Of a stretch of 55,917 nucleotides of DNA, positions 34,501 through 47,459 are shown in pieces. Under the pieces are notes generated by a model. That model saw nothing but the letters and a program-made list of their open reading frames with translations. It was not told the DNA's origin and did not search any database. This stretch comes from Octopus bimaculoides (lineage: Eukaryota), in the NCBI RefSeq assembly GCF_001194135.2, contig NC_069002.1, forward strand, positions 6,384,996 to 6,440,912, written 5' to 3'. The translations under genes were made by a program, and so were the position numbers. Every line of letters begins with the position of its first letter. Positions within the stretch are counted from its first letter, which is position 1.

Positions 34501-35702
34501 TTCACGGCTGTTTAATACATTGGTTTCAAATTTTGTCACAAAGCCGGCAATTTCAGGGGAAGTGATTAAATCGAACCCAGTGCTGAAAGAACGAAAGGCT
34601 AAGTCGACCTCGGCGGGATTTGAACTCAGGACGTAAAGACGGACGAAATGCCGTTAAGCATTCTGCCAGCTCATCGCCTAGACTGCCTATATGTTATCTT
34701 TACGATTTAAAAAATTCAGTCAAGCATGAAATATAAGGCTAACTCAGCAAAGTTTATTGGAGAACACAGGCGAACAAATAAAGTTTTATTAGAAACACCA
34801 GAACACTTCTACCTGGGCTCCATTGGTTGCATGCAAACTCTTCTGAGCGATAAATTGTGGATGTTTATTATGCATTTATTATGGATTTATTATGTATTTA
34901 TTATGAACACCCTGTAATTTATGAACATCCTGTATTTATTTATGTTAATGTATGCAGCGCAAACGAACTGATGTCATTTCTGCCCAAGTTCAAAACATTG
35001 AAGCAAACGATCCAGTGTATGTGCATTTGATCGATAGCGGAGATCTGACTCGGGAGTTTCAGGATTTTAAGGAGTGTGAAACCACCTCTTAACCACTGTT
35101 GTACCCAGATCTATTCTAACCCGTAGCTAACCCCGAGCTAGAACCCATGTTAGGGTCCTAGCTATTGGTTAACTAGCATATGTGACGACGATCCATCTGA
35201 GCGCGGAAAAGCAGAAATACCCTTGGTTGGAGTCGAGACACGCGGTGAAACGACTAGGAATGAACAGGACCCCTTTAGCTGTTGTCACAGTACCTTTCTA
35301 AGATGGGGACGCACTGATGTAAAACCTGAGGTTTCACATGATTACTGGTCATCACGCTTCGGCCTGTCAATGGCTACTAATCACAGAGACTTGTAGAGTG
35401 GTACTCGTGTTCTACAAGCATTTATCACTATGATCCAATGACGTACAGACGTCTCTTTGTGGTGACCGCGTTTGTTATACAACCCACTGAAGATTGGCGA
35501 TATGTGTTGACCTTAACCTGTTGAATGCGCAGAGTAAGTTACAACTTTCAGCTGTCACACTTGCTTCAAGCCACGCGGGGCTGCAGCGGGATTGAATAAG
35601 TCATCTGGGAGATCGTAGACGGAGGGTCAGAATTGCTACGTAGTGGGACAGAACCCGGAACCATGTGGTTGGGAAGCAACCTTCTTACCACACAGCCTAT
35701 AC

Positions 35703-35733
<31 letters not shown>

Positions 35734-37258
35734 GGAGGAATTTCAACCATGTTTCGTGGTCTGCTACCACAACAACTCTTTTATAGGATCCAGTTAGCTC
35801 AAGACATCATCAGGAGGAACCACGTCCGGTTTCGGCCCCTACTCCTCTACTGAGAGAGAGAGAGACAGAGAGAGAGAGAAGAGAGAAAGAGAGAGAAGAG
35901 AGAAAGGGAGCCTTGCATGTTAACGATTCTGTCAGCTCGCCGACTTAATAGTAATGATGATGATGATAGCGGTTTCAAAGATGAAAGATAAAGTCGACAT
36001 CGGCGGGATTTGAACTCAGAATGTAAAAAGTCGGGAGATATGCCGCAAAGCATTTTGTCCGACACGATAACGGTTCTGCCAGCTCACCGCTTTGTAGCAG
36101 TGAAAAATAAAAGTGATAAATAGAAGCCATTTTATTGATTCATTAAATTGCCTGTAGAGGGTAATCAATACTCAGAACATTATTTTAACAATACAACCCA
36201 TGCAGTATATAGGATGGATATCTTAATCAATACGCAAGAGAACTTCTCGCTAATAGTGAGACGAACTTCTGGAGGCAGCCTCAAAGATTGCCTAGAAATT
36301 GCAGTCAAATCTCCCTCAAAACAACGTCTCATTCTTTTCAAAAAGAAAGAAAACTGCTCGTTAATGCATAGGAAGAAATTTCAGGATCATCATCTCTTCC
36401 TCCTCCTCCTCCTCCTCCTCCTCCTCATCATCATCATCANNNNNNNNNNNNNNNNNNNNNNNNNNNNNNNNNNNNNNNNNNNNNNNNNNNNNNNNNNNNN
36501 NNNNNNNNNNNNNNNNNNNNNNNNNNNNNNNNNNNNNNNNNNNNNNNNNNNNNNNNNNNNNNNNNNNNNNNNNNNNNNNNNNNNNNNNNNNNNNNNNNNN
36601 NNNNNNNNNNNNNNNNNNNNNNNNNNNNNNNNNNNNNNNNNNNNNNNNNNNNNNNNNNNNNNNNNNNNNNNNNNNNNNNNNNNNNNNNNNNNNNNNNNNN
36701 NNNNNNNNNNNNNNNNNNNNNNNNNNNNNNNNNNNNNNNNNNNNNNNNNNNNNNNNNNNNNNNNNNNNNNNNNNNNNNNNNNNNNNNNNNNNNNNNNNNN
36801 NNNNNNNNNNNNNNNNNNNNNNNNNNNNNNNNNNNNNNNNNNNNNNNNNNNNNNNNNNNNNNNNNNNNNNNNNNNNNNNNNNNNNNNNNNNNNNNNNNNN
36901 NNNNNNNNNNNNNNNNNNNNNNNNNNNNNNNNNNNNNNNNNNNNNNNNNNNNNNNNNNNNNNNNNNNNNNNNNNNNNNNNNNNNNNNNNNNNNNNNNNNN
37001 NNNNNNNNNNNNNNNNNNNNNNNNNNNNNNNNNNNNNNNNNNNNNNNNNNNNNNNNNNNNNNNNNNNNNNNNNNNNNNNNNNNNNNNNNNNNNNNNNNNN
37101 NNNNNNNNNNNNNNNNNNNNNNNNNNNNNNNNNNNNNNNNNNNNNNNNNNNNNNNNNNNNNNNNNNNNNNNNNNNNNNNNNNNNNNNNNNNNNNNNNNNN
37201 NNNNNNNNNNNNNNNNNNNNNNNNNNNNNNNNNNNNNNNNNNNNNNNNNNNNNNNNNN

Positions 37259-37302
<44 letters not shown>

Positions 37303-37719
37303 CTCTTTACTCTCTTTTACTCTTTTACTTGTTTCAGTCATTTGACTGTGGCCATGCTGGAGCACTGCCTTTAGTCGAGCAAACCGACCCCAAGACTTAT
37401 TCTTTGTAAGCCTAGTACTTATTCTATCGGTCTATTTTGCCGAACCGAGTTTCAGATTATCTTTGCGGCTGGTTATACTCGAGATTGCTCCAATCTGGTC
37501 AGCCCCAAGGAAAAATTAAGCTAAGAGCATTAGATTCCTTGGAAGAAAGTAACGAATGTATACGAAAACAAGGACGGGAAAAAAAACGGAGAATGTTACA
37601 CAAATACAAATAACAGGACATAACTAAGGCACAGGGAGGAATATAGATGTTGCACGGATGGTAGTCGAACCAAGAAAGAATGGTCAGGCTTGGCCGAACA
37701 CTGGTCACGTGGGGAGCGA

Positions 37720-37781
<62 letters not shown>

Positions 37782-40700
37782 GTGGAGGTAGAGGGATAGA
37801 AGAATTAAGGAGGGGTGAGAAAAAAATGAAAGGGACACAGTGAAGTGAAAGAGGAGGGAAAGTGAGCATGAAGNNNNNNNNNNNNNNNNNNNNNNNNNNN
37901 NNNNNNNNNNNNNNNNNNNNNNNNNNNNNNNNNNNNNNNNNNNNNNNNNNNNNNNNNNNNNNNNNNNNNNNNNNNNNNNNNNNNNNNNNNNNNNNNNNNN
38001 NNNNNNNNNNNAATGAAAGAATAGAAAGAATAATAGAGTCGTACAAAATTACATATAAGAGACCAAAGTGTACGTACGCCGCTATATTTTTATATATATA
38101 AAAAATACAAAAATGGGACAAGAACGCAAAACATCCAGACAGTCAGGTGATACAAAAAAGGGACAACAAAACATCCAGATAGACGATACAAAGAAAACAA
38201 GGACAGGTCATTCGGAGATTTCTATCCTCGGTCGAGTTCCCGACGACAGGCTTCTTTCGGTTTCCGTCTACCAAATTTACTCGCAAGGATTTGGTAGACC
38301 CAAAGTTATAGTAGAAGGCACTTATTCAAAGTGTCACACAGTGGGACTGAACCCAGAACCACGTTGTTGTGAAACAAACTGCTTGCACTCGTCAGATCAA
38401 GGTATATAGAAATTTGGGATTTGGAATCGGGTGTTGGACAACATACCTTTACCATTTTCTTTCTAGCTCTGTATCTTGTGCCTTTAAATTGCGTCAAGAT
38501 CAACGTTGGCTCTCATTCTTTTGATAAAATAAAGTACTGATTAAGAAACAATGTTAATTTAACCTACTTAACCGCTCCCCAAAAATTTATGGCTGTGTGC
38601 TTTTTGTTAGAAATTATTATTAAAGGATATATAGAAAAGATAGCAACAGGAGTATGTATGGTAGATAGGTAGAGAGATAGATGGGGAAGAAAGAAAATAA
38701 AAAGAAAGGATAGACAGATAGATAGATAGATAGATAGACAGATGGACAGATAGAGAGATAGCTAGCTAGGATAGATAGATAGATAGACAGATAGATAGAT
38801 AGATAGATAGATAGAATGGGAGGACGTGCGAACTATGAGGACGAAGAAAATAAAGAAGAATGAATACAGACAAGAAACGAAGCGATTCAAGTTAATAAGA
38901 GAGAGAAGGGCAGAAGCATTTTGTGAGTGAAAAGAAAAGCAAAAAAAATTTGAGAGAAGGGAGCAGAATGCCAAATAGAGTGTGAAGCTTATATAACATG
39001 ATACAGAGTAGCCAGACCGAAACGAGCGGGAAAGTACTACTGCGAGCTTATGTGTGTTTGTGTGAGAGAGGGGGGAAGAGAGAAAGAATATGAACGTGAT
39101 AGAAAGAGACAATGATTGCCAGAAGCAGAGAAAGTCATATTATATTGCAAAGTAGAGAACAAAGTGACAATGGAAATTATGAAATTACCAAGAAATGAAG
39201 CTAAATAAATGAATGAATCTTTTACCTCGCATTTACTTGTTTCAGTTATTGGACTGTGGCCATGCTGGGGCACCACCTTCAAGGATTCAGTCCAAGAGTT
39301 CTCAATCATTTTTTTTATCAGTGGACTCCTTTTTGATTACTATGTTACTCTGGTGGACCCCGTTGCCATTTGTCAAGCGATGGTGGTAGAACAAACAAAC
39401 ACACACATATACGATGGGCTTCTTTCAGTTTCCATTTACCAAATACACTCACAAAGCTTTGGTCGGCCCGAGAGGTGCCATGCAGTGGGATTGAACTCCG
39501 CCTGTGTGACCCTTCTGTCTGGCATTTGCCATGATAGATCGCTAGACACAACACATTCTTTTTTTCTCTCTCCTTGTTTCTTTCTGTGTTCCTTTCTGTG
39601 GAAGAGCGTAGGCTCAAAACGTTAAAGACTTTTTCACTTCCCGAGCATTATACTAATACATCTATTAGTTGTCTACACCACCTGTCTTCGTCTTTTGTTG
39701 TTTTTTTTGTGAATTCTCCCTATATATATATATATATTTTTATATATATATGTATATATAAAGTTTGCAAATTTTATACACACCAGTATTCTAATCTAAG
39801 GTTGTATCAGGTGCATATATTAATTTAACAACGATAAGATTATTTGAAGTAAAGTTGGGGCAAAAAAGATTAAATTATGTACATTAAAATGAATAAGTGT
39901 ATAACAGACAAACATATTTATGCATGTGTGTGTGTTGTATAAGATAATGGATTCCAAGAATTGAGAAGGTATCATAGTAAGCTCCTCTTCTGGACTTAGC
40001 TATCAATTTAATTACAGCCTGGTTAGCTTTTACACAATCAATTTCAAACTAGTTTTATGTCAAGTAGCCGTATAAGTGAAAATGTAGAAAATCCAGGTGA
40101 TAAAATTATTCTGTGAGGGGTATTTGAAGACACAAAGAAATGAGAGGTGAATATATGTTTAAATATGGGACTTACATATTTAACCATGTGACTTTCCATA
40201 AAGAAAGCCAGCTCATCATCACCATCATCATCATTTAATGTCTGTTTTCCATGCTGGCATGGGTTGGATGGTTTGACAGGAGTTGGCCAGACAGAAAACT
40301 GCACTAAGTTTTACTGTCTGTTTTGGCAGGGCTTTAACAGCCGGGTGCCCTTCGTAACACTAACCGCCTTACAGAGCAGACTGAGTGCTCTTCTTTTTTT
40401 TGTGGCACCAGCACCAGCAAGGCCTGTTTAGACATGGTTTTTACAGCTGGATGCCCTTCCAGATATCACCCACTTTACAGCAAGGACTGGTGGGGATCAC
40501 TTAGCCACCTACACTTTTCTCTGCAAAATAGGGGTAGTTTATCCTGTTCAGGCTATATTATTAGCATTATTCTGCGATTGAGAATTTAAAATCACTTCTT
40601 TAACTTTCTAAAAGACATCTCAACGCTTCTAAAAGCAAACTTCGTTTGTTTATTTACTTTTGTCGTAATTTCAAATGTACAAAAAACTAAAGACAGAGAT

Positions 40701-42636
40701 AGGTGGGGGAACAACCAATAAGCAGGTGTATTAGTTTGACACTTCGGAAAAAACAGGAAAAATCTTTGATGTTTCGAGCCTATGCTCTTTGTTAGAAAAG
40801 GATGATNNNNNNNNNNNNNNNNNNNNNNNNNNNNNNNNNNNNNNNNNNNNNNNNNNNNNNNNNNNNNNNNNNNNNNNNNNNNNNNNNNNNNNNNNNNNNN
40901 NNNNNNNNNNNNNNNNNNNNNNNNNNNNNNNNNNNNNNNNNNNNNNNNNNNNNNNNNNNNNNNNNNNNNNNNNNNNATATATATATATATAAATATAATT
41001 AATTCAATAATAGGATAAGATCTTTTACAAGAACTTGTCAAGTAGCTAGCATGAAAACATCCATCCAATTCTTCCCTAGAGTATAATTATTTATATTCAT
41101 ATATATATATAAGGGCATTATTATACAATAATGTCTCACGCTAAACTACCATAATAAACACATTTTTACATACATACATACACACACACACACATATATA
41201 TATATATATGGGAGAATGTACGAAAAAACAACAACAGACGAGGACAGGTGGTGTAAACAACAAAAGGATGTATTAGTATGACGCTCGGGAATACGGAAAG
41301 TCTTTAACGTTTCGAGCTACGCTCTTCAACAGAAAGAATACGGAGAAAACAAGGAGAAAAAGCACGGAGAAAAAAAAATTGAATAGTGTTCAGTCAACGG
41401 TCAATCATATATATATATATATATTGCACTGTGATGCTTTTGTTAAGCAGTGTTGGTTTTTACAATTCTGTAAATAATAATAATAATAGTATTTTATAAG
41501 CTTTAGCTTTAGCTTATAAGCGATCACTGAGGAATGACTGAAGAAGATAGTCAAATAATGGAGCATATAAGGCCTCGACAGTAAAAAGTAGAATTTCCTA
41601 TACATACACTTCATCCATTGTGTATTAGTTTAAAGCACTGATCCACTCAAGGTCAGTGTAAAGGTGACATGTATTTTAAGATACTGAATTGTATTGCTTG
41701 TTAATCAATGACTGTTAAAATGAGTAATCACACGATGGTTATATATACAATATGTTCACATGTTCAATAAAGTCCCACAGGCGATTGGATTTAGCGGCTG
41801 ACCAGATTTGTGCAGTGGCCAGTAAGTTTGCCGACCAGTAGATTAAGCATAACAAGCATAAGTAACATAAGTCAACCTAAGCTGCTGTGAATAGATGCAG
41901 ACATGGCTGTATGGTTAAGAAGATCGATTTGCAACCACATGGTTCCGGGTTCAATCTCACTGCACAGCACCTTGAGCAAGTGTCTTCTACTATAGCCCCC
42001 ATGTTTATTAATACTTTGTGAGTGGATTTTTTGAGCAGAAGCTCAACATGTGTGTGTGTGTGTGTGTGTGTATGTGTGCATGTGTGTGTGTGTGTTAGTG
42101 TGTGTGCATGTGTGCATGTGTGTGTGTGTGTGTATAGACTCGGCTTTGTGGCTAAGAAGTTCACTTTGCAACCATGTGGGTTCAGGTTCAGACCCACTGT
42201 GCAGTACCTTGAGCAAGTATCTTCTACTATAGCCCGAGGTCAATTAATGCCTTGCAAGTGAATTTTGTGACCGGAAACTCTGACAGATTTTGCTGAATGA
42301 CCAGCACAAATGATTCGTTTATTGTGATCAAATGTTTGTGCTGCACATCAGTTCACGCTCTCCATCAAATTGATGTTGTCTGAACAGGAGCACTGTGTAC
42401 CATGTGTCAGGCACTGAAGCAAGCAACTTGCTTAAGACCACAACGCACCACCTGATCTAGGAATTGAAATCATGATTGCTAGATCGTGAGTGCAACACCC
42501 TAACCACTAAACCATCTACCCTCAAACACACACATCCAATTTATACATTAACAGTGGAGCCTGGTGCAGCCTTCTGGCTTGCCAGTCCTCAGACAAATCG
42601 TCCAACCCATACTAGCATGGAAAGCGGACATTAAAC

Positions 42637-42667
<31 letters not shown>

Positions 42668-42874
42668 TCCTGAGCCACATTTCTTGTTTAAAAACAAAGT
42701 ATTTTTATAACAACATCAAGAATAGACATAATTGGCGACACAGCTCAATACACAAAACACTTTTAAAAATCTAATGTGAAATCAGTCAAGTAATTAAATT
42801 CTAATTAATGCATTTTCAATTTCATTTCTTCTGTTTCTCCACTTGTTTGGATTAATAAACAATTTATATATATT

Positions 42875-43228
42875 TACTCTTTTACTTGTTTTACTTGTTT
42901 CAGTCATTTGACTGCAGCCATGCTGGAGCACCATCTTTAGTCAAACTAATCGAGCCCAGGACTTATTCTTTGTAAGCCTAATACTTATTCTATTGCCGAA
43001 CTGCTAAGTTACAGGGATGAAAACATACCATCACCAGTTGTCAATGGTGCGAGACCAAACACAGATACACACACACCCATATATAACAGGCTTCTTTCAG
43101 TTTACATCTACCAAATCCACTCACAAGGCCTTGGTCATTCCGAGGCTATAGTAGAAGACACTTGGCCAAGGTGCCATGCAGTGGTATTGAACCTGTGGTT
43201 GGGAAGCAAGCTTCTTACCACACAGCTG
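42875..43228 (-). mobile_element. SINE family B
   Basis: (TTTTACTTG)n tail, CAGTCATTTGACTGCAGCCATGCTGGAGCACC, and AGAAGACACTTGGCCAAGGTGCC. Confidence 0.88.
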
Positions 43229-43489
43229 GTCCTGCACTATACTATGCTATAAATATGTATATATTTATATATGCTGGTGTTTCGTAACTGGCATCCGGGC
43301 ACATTACAAATACAATCTGTAAGTGGAACAGTAAAAATATCGAAGACTTTACTCAAGTACAAAAAGTGAATTTGTTTTTGTTACCTACATCCCAAATTGG
43401 AACTTTGTATCTTTGTTAGAAACCAGGTTACAGGAAGTCTTCAAATGATTGAAAACAAAAAGTGGGTGTACACATATAGATACATACAC

Positions 43490-43860
43490 ACTCATATATA
43501 TATATATATATATATACATATATACCTACTTACATACACACACATGCATACATACATACATTCCTACATACAGACATACAAATATACATACATACATACA
43601 TAAAGAAATATGCATACACACACATACACATACATACATATATGCATGCACACACATATAAATACATACATATATGCATGCAGACATACATACATATACA
43701 TACATATACATACATACATATATGTATACAGACATACATACATAAAGAAACATATATGCACACACATATACATACATACATACATACATATATGCATACA
43801 TACATACATACATAAAGAAATATGCATGCATACACATATACATACATGCATGCATACATA
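43490..43860 (+). repeat. Compound (ACAT)n microsatellite with a recurring ATAAAGAAATATGCA sub-unit
   Basis: The sub-unit recurs at ~43600, ~43742 and ~43812. Confidence 0.85.
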
Positions 43861-44980
43861 AAGTTTAATCAATACAAGAAAAAAACTTAGTCAACAATAC
43901 ACATCACAGAATGGCAAAGTACTGAAAGAGAAAGAAAGAACACCACCGCCCCCACTCTCTTTCTCGTTTACTCTCTGTCTCAGCCATTATTTAAACAAGA
44001 AAATGAAAATGCAGCAAAGTAGAACACAGCTTATCGAACAGTGCAAAGCAAATAATTCAAAGAAAAGCATTTTACATTAGACAATAAGGCATCATCTTTG
44101 AGCACAAACGATCTGGTAGAAATAGCAGCTAAGCTATTCTTTTTATTTAAAAAAAAAAAAAATCTAATACTTGAGACTGTATGAGACTAGGTTTCTCAAA
44201 CTGGGATACTCAGAGCTCTAGAAGTACATACATGGCTGGATTAAGGCCCATGGAGGCCCTAAGGTATTGAAAGATTTTGGTGTCCCTACATATATTTTTA
44301 GCCTTTCAATAGCTTAATACTGACAGCAGGGTTCACACACCCTTCCTGAAGATTGCATTTCTTCATTAGTAAAGACAGGAGATCCTTTAGTGGGGCAGAG
44401 TTTGCATGGACCCAAGGAATCAGTTTGTTGAAGTTTCCATCCACCACATGCCAGCATCCCACAATTCAAGGCTGGGATTTTTATCATTGGGGTTTACTCC
44501 TCTGTGTGTGTGTGTGTGCATGTGCGCACCTCTGTGTGTGTGTGTGTGTATGTATTCATTTTGGATCACACATATGGTGGGTGACTGTTCCTTGCCGTGT
44601 TTGACCCCCTTGTATCTATAATTGCTCATTCCGAGCATGAGATCTTAAATTACTTTTGAGCCTTGAAATGCATTTGAAGAACTGATCCTATATACTAAAT
44701 TAATGTCTCATTTCAACATTAGCTCCATTTTCTGTTTGTGTATTATGGAATGTTCAAGTTCTGCTTTAATCCTCAACGCACACACACACATACTACAAAT
44801 GATCACAATATTTAGGACAATAAAAGTTTGCAAGATCATCTAAAGATTTTGAGGATAATGAACAAAACAAGATACTTTCCTTCACATCCTTGCTACCATA
44901 GTTGGTGGATGGTAAAAATTTATTCTAAACTAAAAAGGGAAAGAGAACATACATATATTTAAATGATGCTTTTGGGGGCT

Positions 44981-45638
44981 GGGCGATTTTCATTTTTGAC
45001 ATTGTGTTCTACATGTTCAGGTCGTACGATTAGCCTTCTCGCAACTTAGATGTGAAAATGAAGGGCTTACATTTATATTGAAACAGAAAAAGGATCATAT
45101 GTGGAGTCCCCACCACGAAACTTGATATGCTAGAAATAACAGCTAAACGCGGACAATCCAAATCTTGCATTGGTCCAGATGGACTATATGTAAATAAATA
45201 TGAAGGAAAAAATGCGCTTTGGCAAACAGGGTTAGGGTTAGGTTTTGAGTTAGGGTTCGGGTAAACCTAACCCTAACCGTGACCCTAACCTTGACCCAAA
45301 CCCTAACCAGATTTGGCTGTTATTTCTAGCATGTAAATAGCCTGCTTGGTGAGGTGGGGGGAATTGAAATTTTTCAAACAATTTTTTTGCAGAATCGGAA
45401 TCTCCATAGCCTAAAACGTGGGATTCCGTAAAAAATAATAAATAAGGGGGGGAAAGGTTCAGATTACATATAGTCCATCTGGACCAATGCAAGATTTGGA
45501 TTGTCCGCGTTTAGCTGTGATTTCTAGCATATCAAGTGTGGGGTGGGGGGTGTAGGGAAGGGGGGGTCCAAATTTTTTTTTTAGGGGGGAATCGCATGAC
45601 CGTGACATATAGAACACATTATCGAAAACGAAAATCGC
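44981..45638. repeat. Nested foldback element with central TTAGGG/CCCTAA repeats
   Basis: Inner IR 45120-45193 / 45464-45537 (73/74 identical); outer diverged IR ~44981-45031 / ~45589-45638; centre 45227-45308 is GGTTAGGGTTAGG...CCTAACCCTAACC. Confidence 0.85.
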
Positions 45639-46022
45639 CAAAATTAAAAAATAAAAAAGTTACAGCCATTTTCCCTCAGTGTCTAATTCCAATGCCCACC
45701 ATTATTTCATGTCGTGACCGTAGACAGTGTCATGTAAATAGCACCTATGAAATCGTGCGCTACGAAGTGCATTCTATGCAGAGAATACATGTCTCTAATC
45801 TACACACACATATATGGTGCATTTATATATTTATATGAGTTTGTTTCCCAACCGAGTGGTTCTAGGTTTAATCTCACTGTGTGGCACCTTGGGCAAGCGT
45901 CTTCTACTATCGCCTCGGGCTAACATGTATATATATATACATGTGTGTGTGTCTCTCTCTCTCTCTATATATATATATACAGATATCCATTTACATGTAT
46001 CTATATATGTATATGCATATAC

Positions 46023-46059
<37 letters not shown>

Positions 46060-47422
46060 CACACACTCAGATATATGTACACAATTTTGAGAAGCCGGTG
46101 TCTTCGTCACAGGAAATGATACTTGGTCGACGCGCGGAAAGAGTTGCAAAATACAAGAAAACGCGTGTTTAGAGCGGTACACAAACACGTGGTTATGGGT
46201 TCCTTGCAATACACAACGAACCGGATAGATAAAACATGTAATTAACTTAACGTTCAAGTGAAATTTAGTAGAATAATAAACATCCCTACCACATATATAT
46301 ATATGTATATATCAGAGAAAAACAAGAAAAATAATATATATATGGGGAGGGGCAGAATTAGTAACCGGGGTAAAATGAGTAATTTTTAATTTCTCGTTTA
46401 CCTGTTTGAAATCATTACATGACAAGTATTGCATCATCTTTGGGTGGGAAAATTACTCGGTACAGTTGTTGTTCAAGTTGAGGGAGTTTAAAACAAAGAA
46501 GAAAGGCTCTTTTTTTCCTCCCAAGAATGTTTTCTCAAATGACTCGATTCTAATTGTGGTTGCTAATAAAATCCGTTGATAATTTTTAGCGTTTAATAAT
46601 CAATATTAATTTCTCAGTCGAAATCCAAGTCAATTTTTTTCCAAACTAACGTCTTATTTGATAATTTTCAGAAAAATCATATCTGAAATCNNNNNNNNNN
46701 NNNNNNNNNNNNNNNNNNNNNNNNNNNNNNNNNNNNNNNNNNNNNNNNNNNNNNNNNNNNNNNNNNNNNNNNNNNNNNNNNNNNNNNNNNNNNNNNNNNN
46801 NNNNNNNNNNNNNNNNNNNNNNNNNNNNNNNNNNNNNNNNNNNNNNNNNNNNNNNNNNNNNNNNNNNNNNNNNNNNNNNNNNNNNNNNNNNNNNNNNNNN
46901 NNNNNNNNNNNNNNNNNNNNNNNNNNNNNNNNNNNNNNNNNNNNNNNNNNNNNNNNNNNNNNNNNNNNNNNNNNNNNNNNNNNNNNNNNNNNNNNNNNNN
47001 NNNNNNNNNNNNNNNNNNNNNNNNNNNNNNNNNNNNNNNNNNNNNNNNNNNNNNNNNNNNNNNNNNNNNNNNNNNNNNNNNNNNNNNNNNNNNNNNNNNN
47101 NNNNNNNNNNNNNNNNNNNNNNNNNNNNNNNNNNNNNNNNNNNNNNNNNNNNNNNNNNNNNNNNNNNNNNNNNNNNNNNNNNNNNNNNNNNNNNNNNNNN
47201 NNNNNNNNNNNNNNNNNNNNNNNNNNNNNNNNNNNNNNNNNNNNNNNNNNNNNNNNNNNNNNNNNNNNNNNNNNNNGCTTTCAGTCCGCCCCTGGTGTGC
47301 ACCCATCAATTCGTTTATTTTCACATCAAATTCCATTATAATCGTAATCTACACCATCTGAAATATTCTTCTGAAAGTTATGAGGAAACAAAGTCGGTGT
47401 GGGGCCCAATTGTGTAGGTATG

Positions 47423-47459
<37 letters not shown>

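Noticed and set aside
38205-38240. Further hammerhead remnant (CCGAGGA...CGAAT, minus strand)
   Set aside because: Two or more core positions are altered and the stems are ambiguous.
43397-43872. Stack of overlapping ORFs on both strands
   Set aside because: Products of the (ACAT)n/(TATG)n microsatellite. The same applies to the ORFs at 30.9-31.4, 45.8-46.2 and 50.6-51.1 kb.
45227-45308. True telomere-fusion scar
   Set aside because: Only a few degenerate units embedded in a foldback element; kept only as part of that finding.
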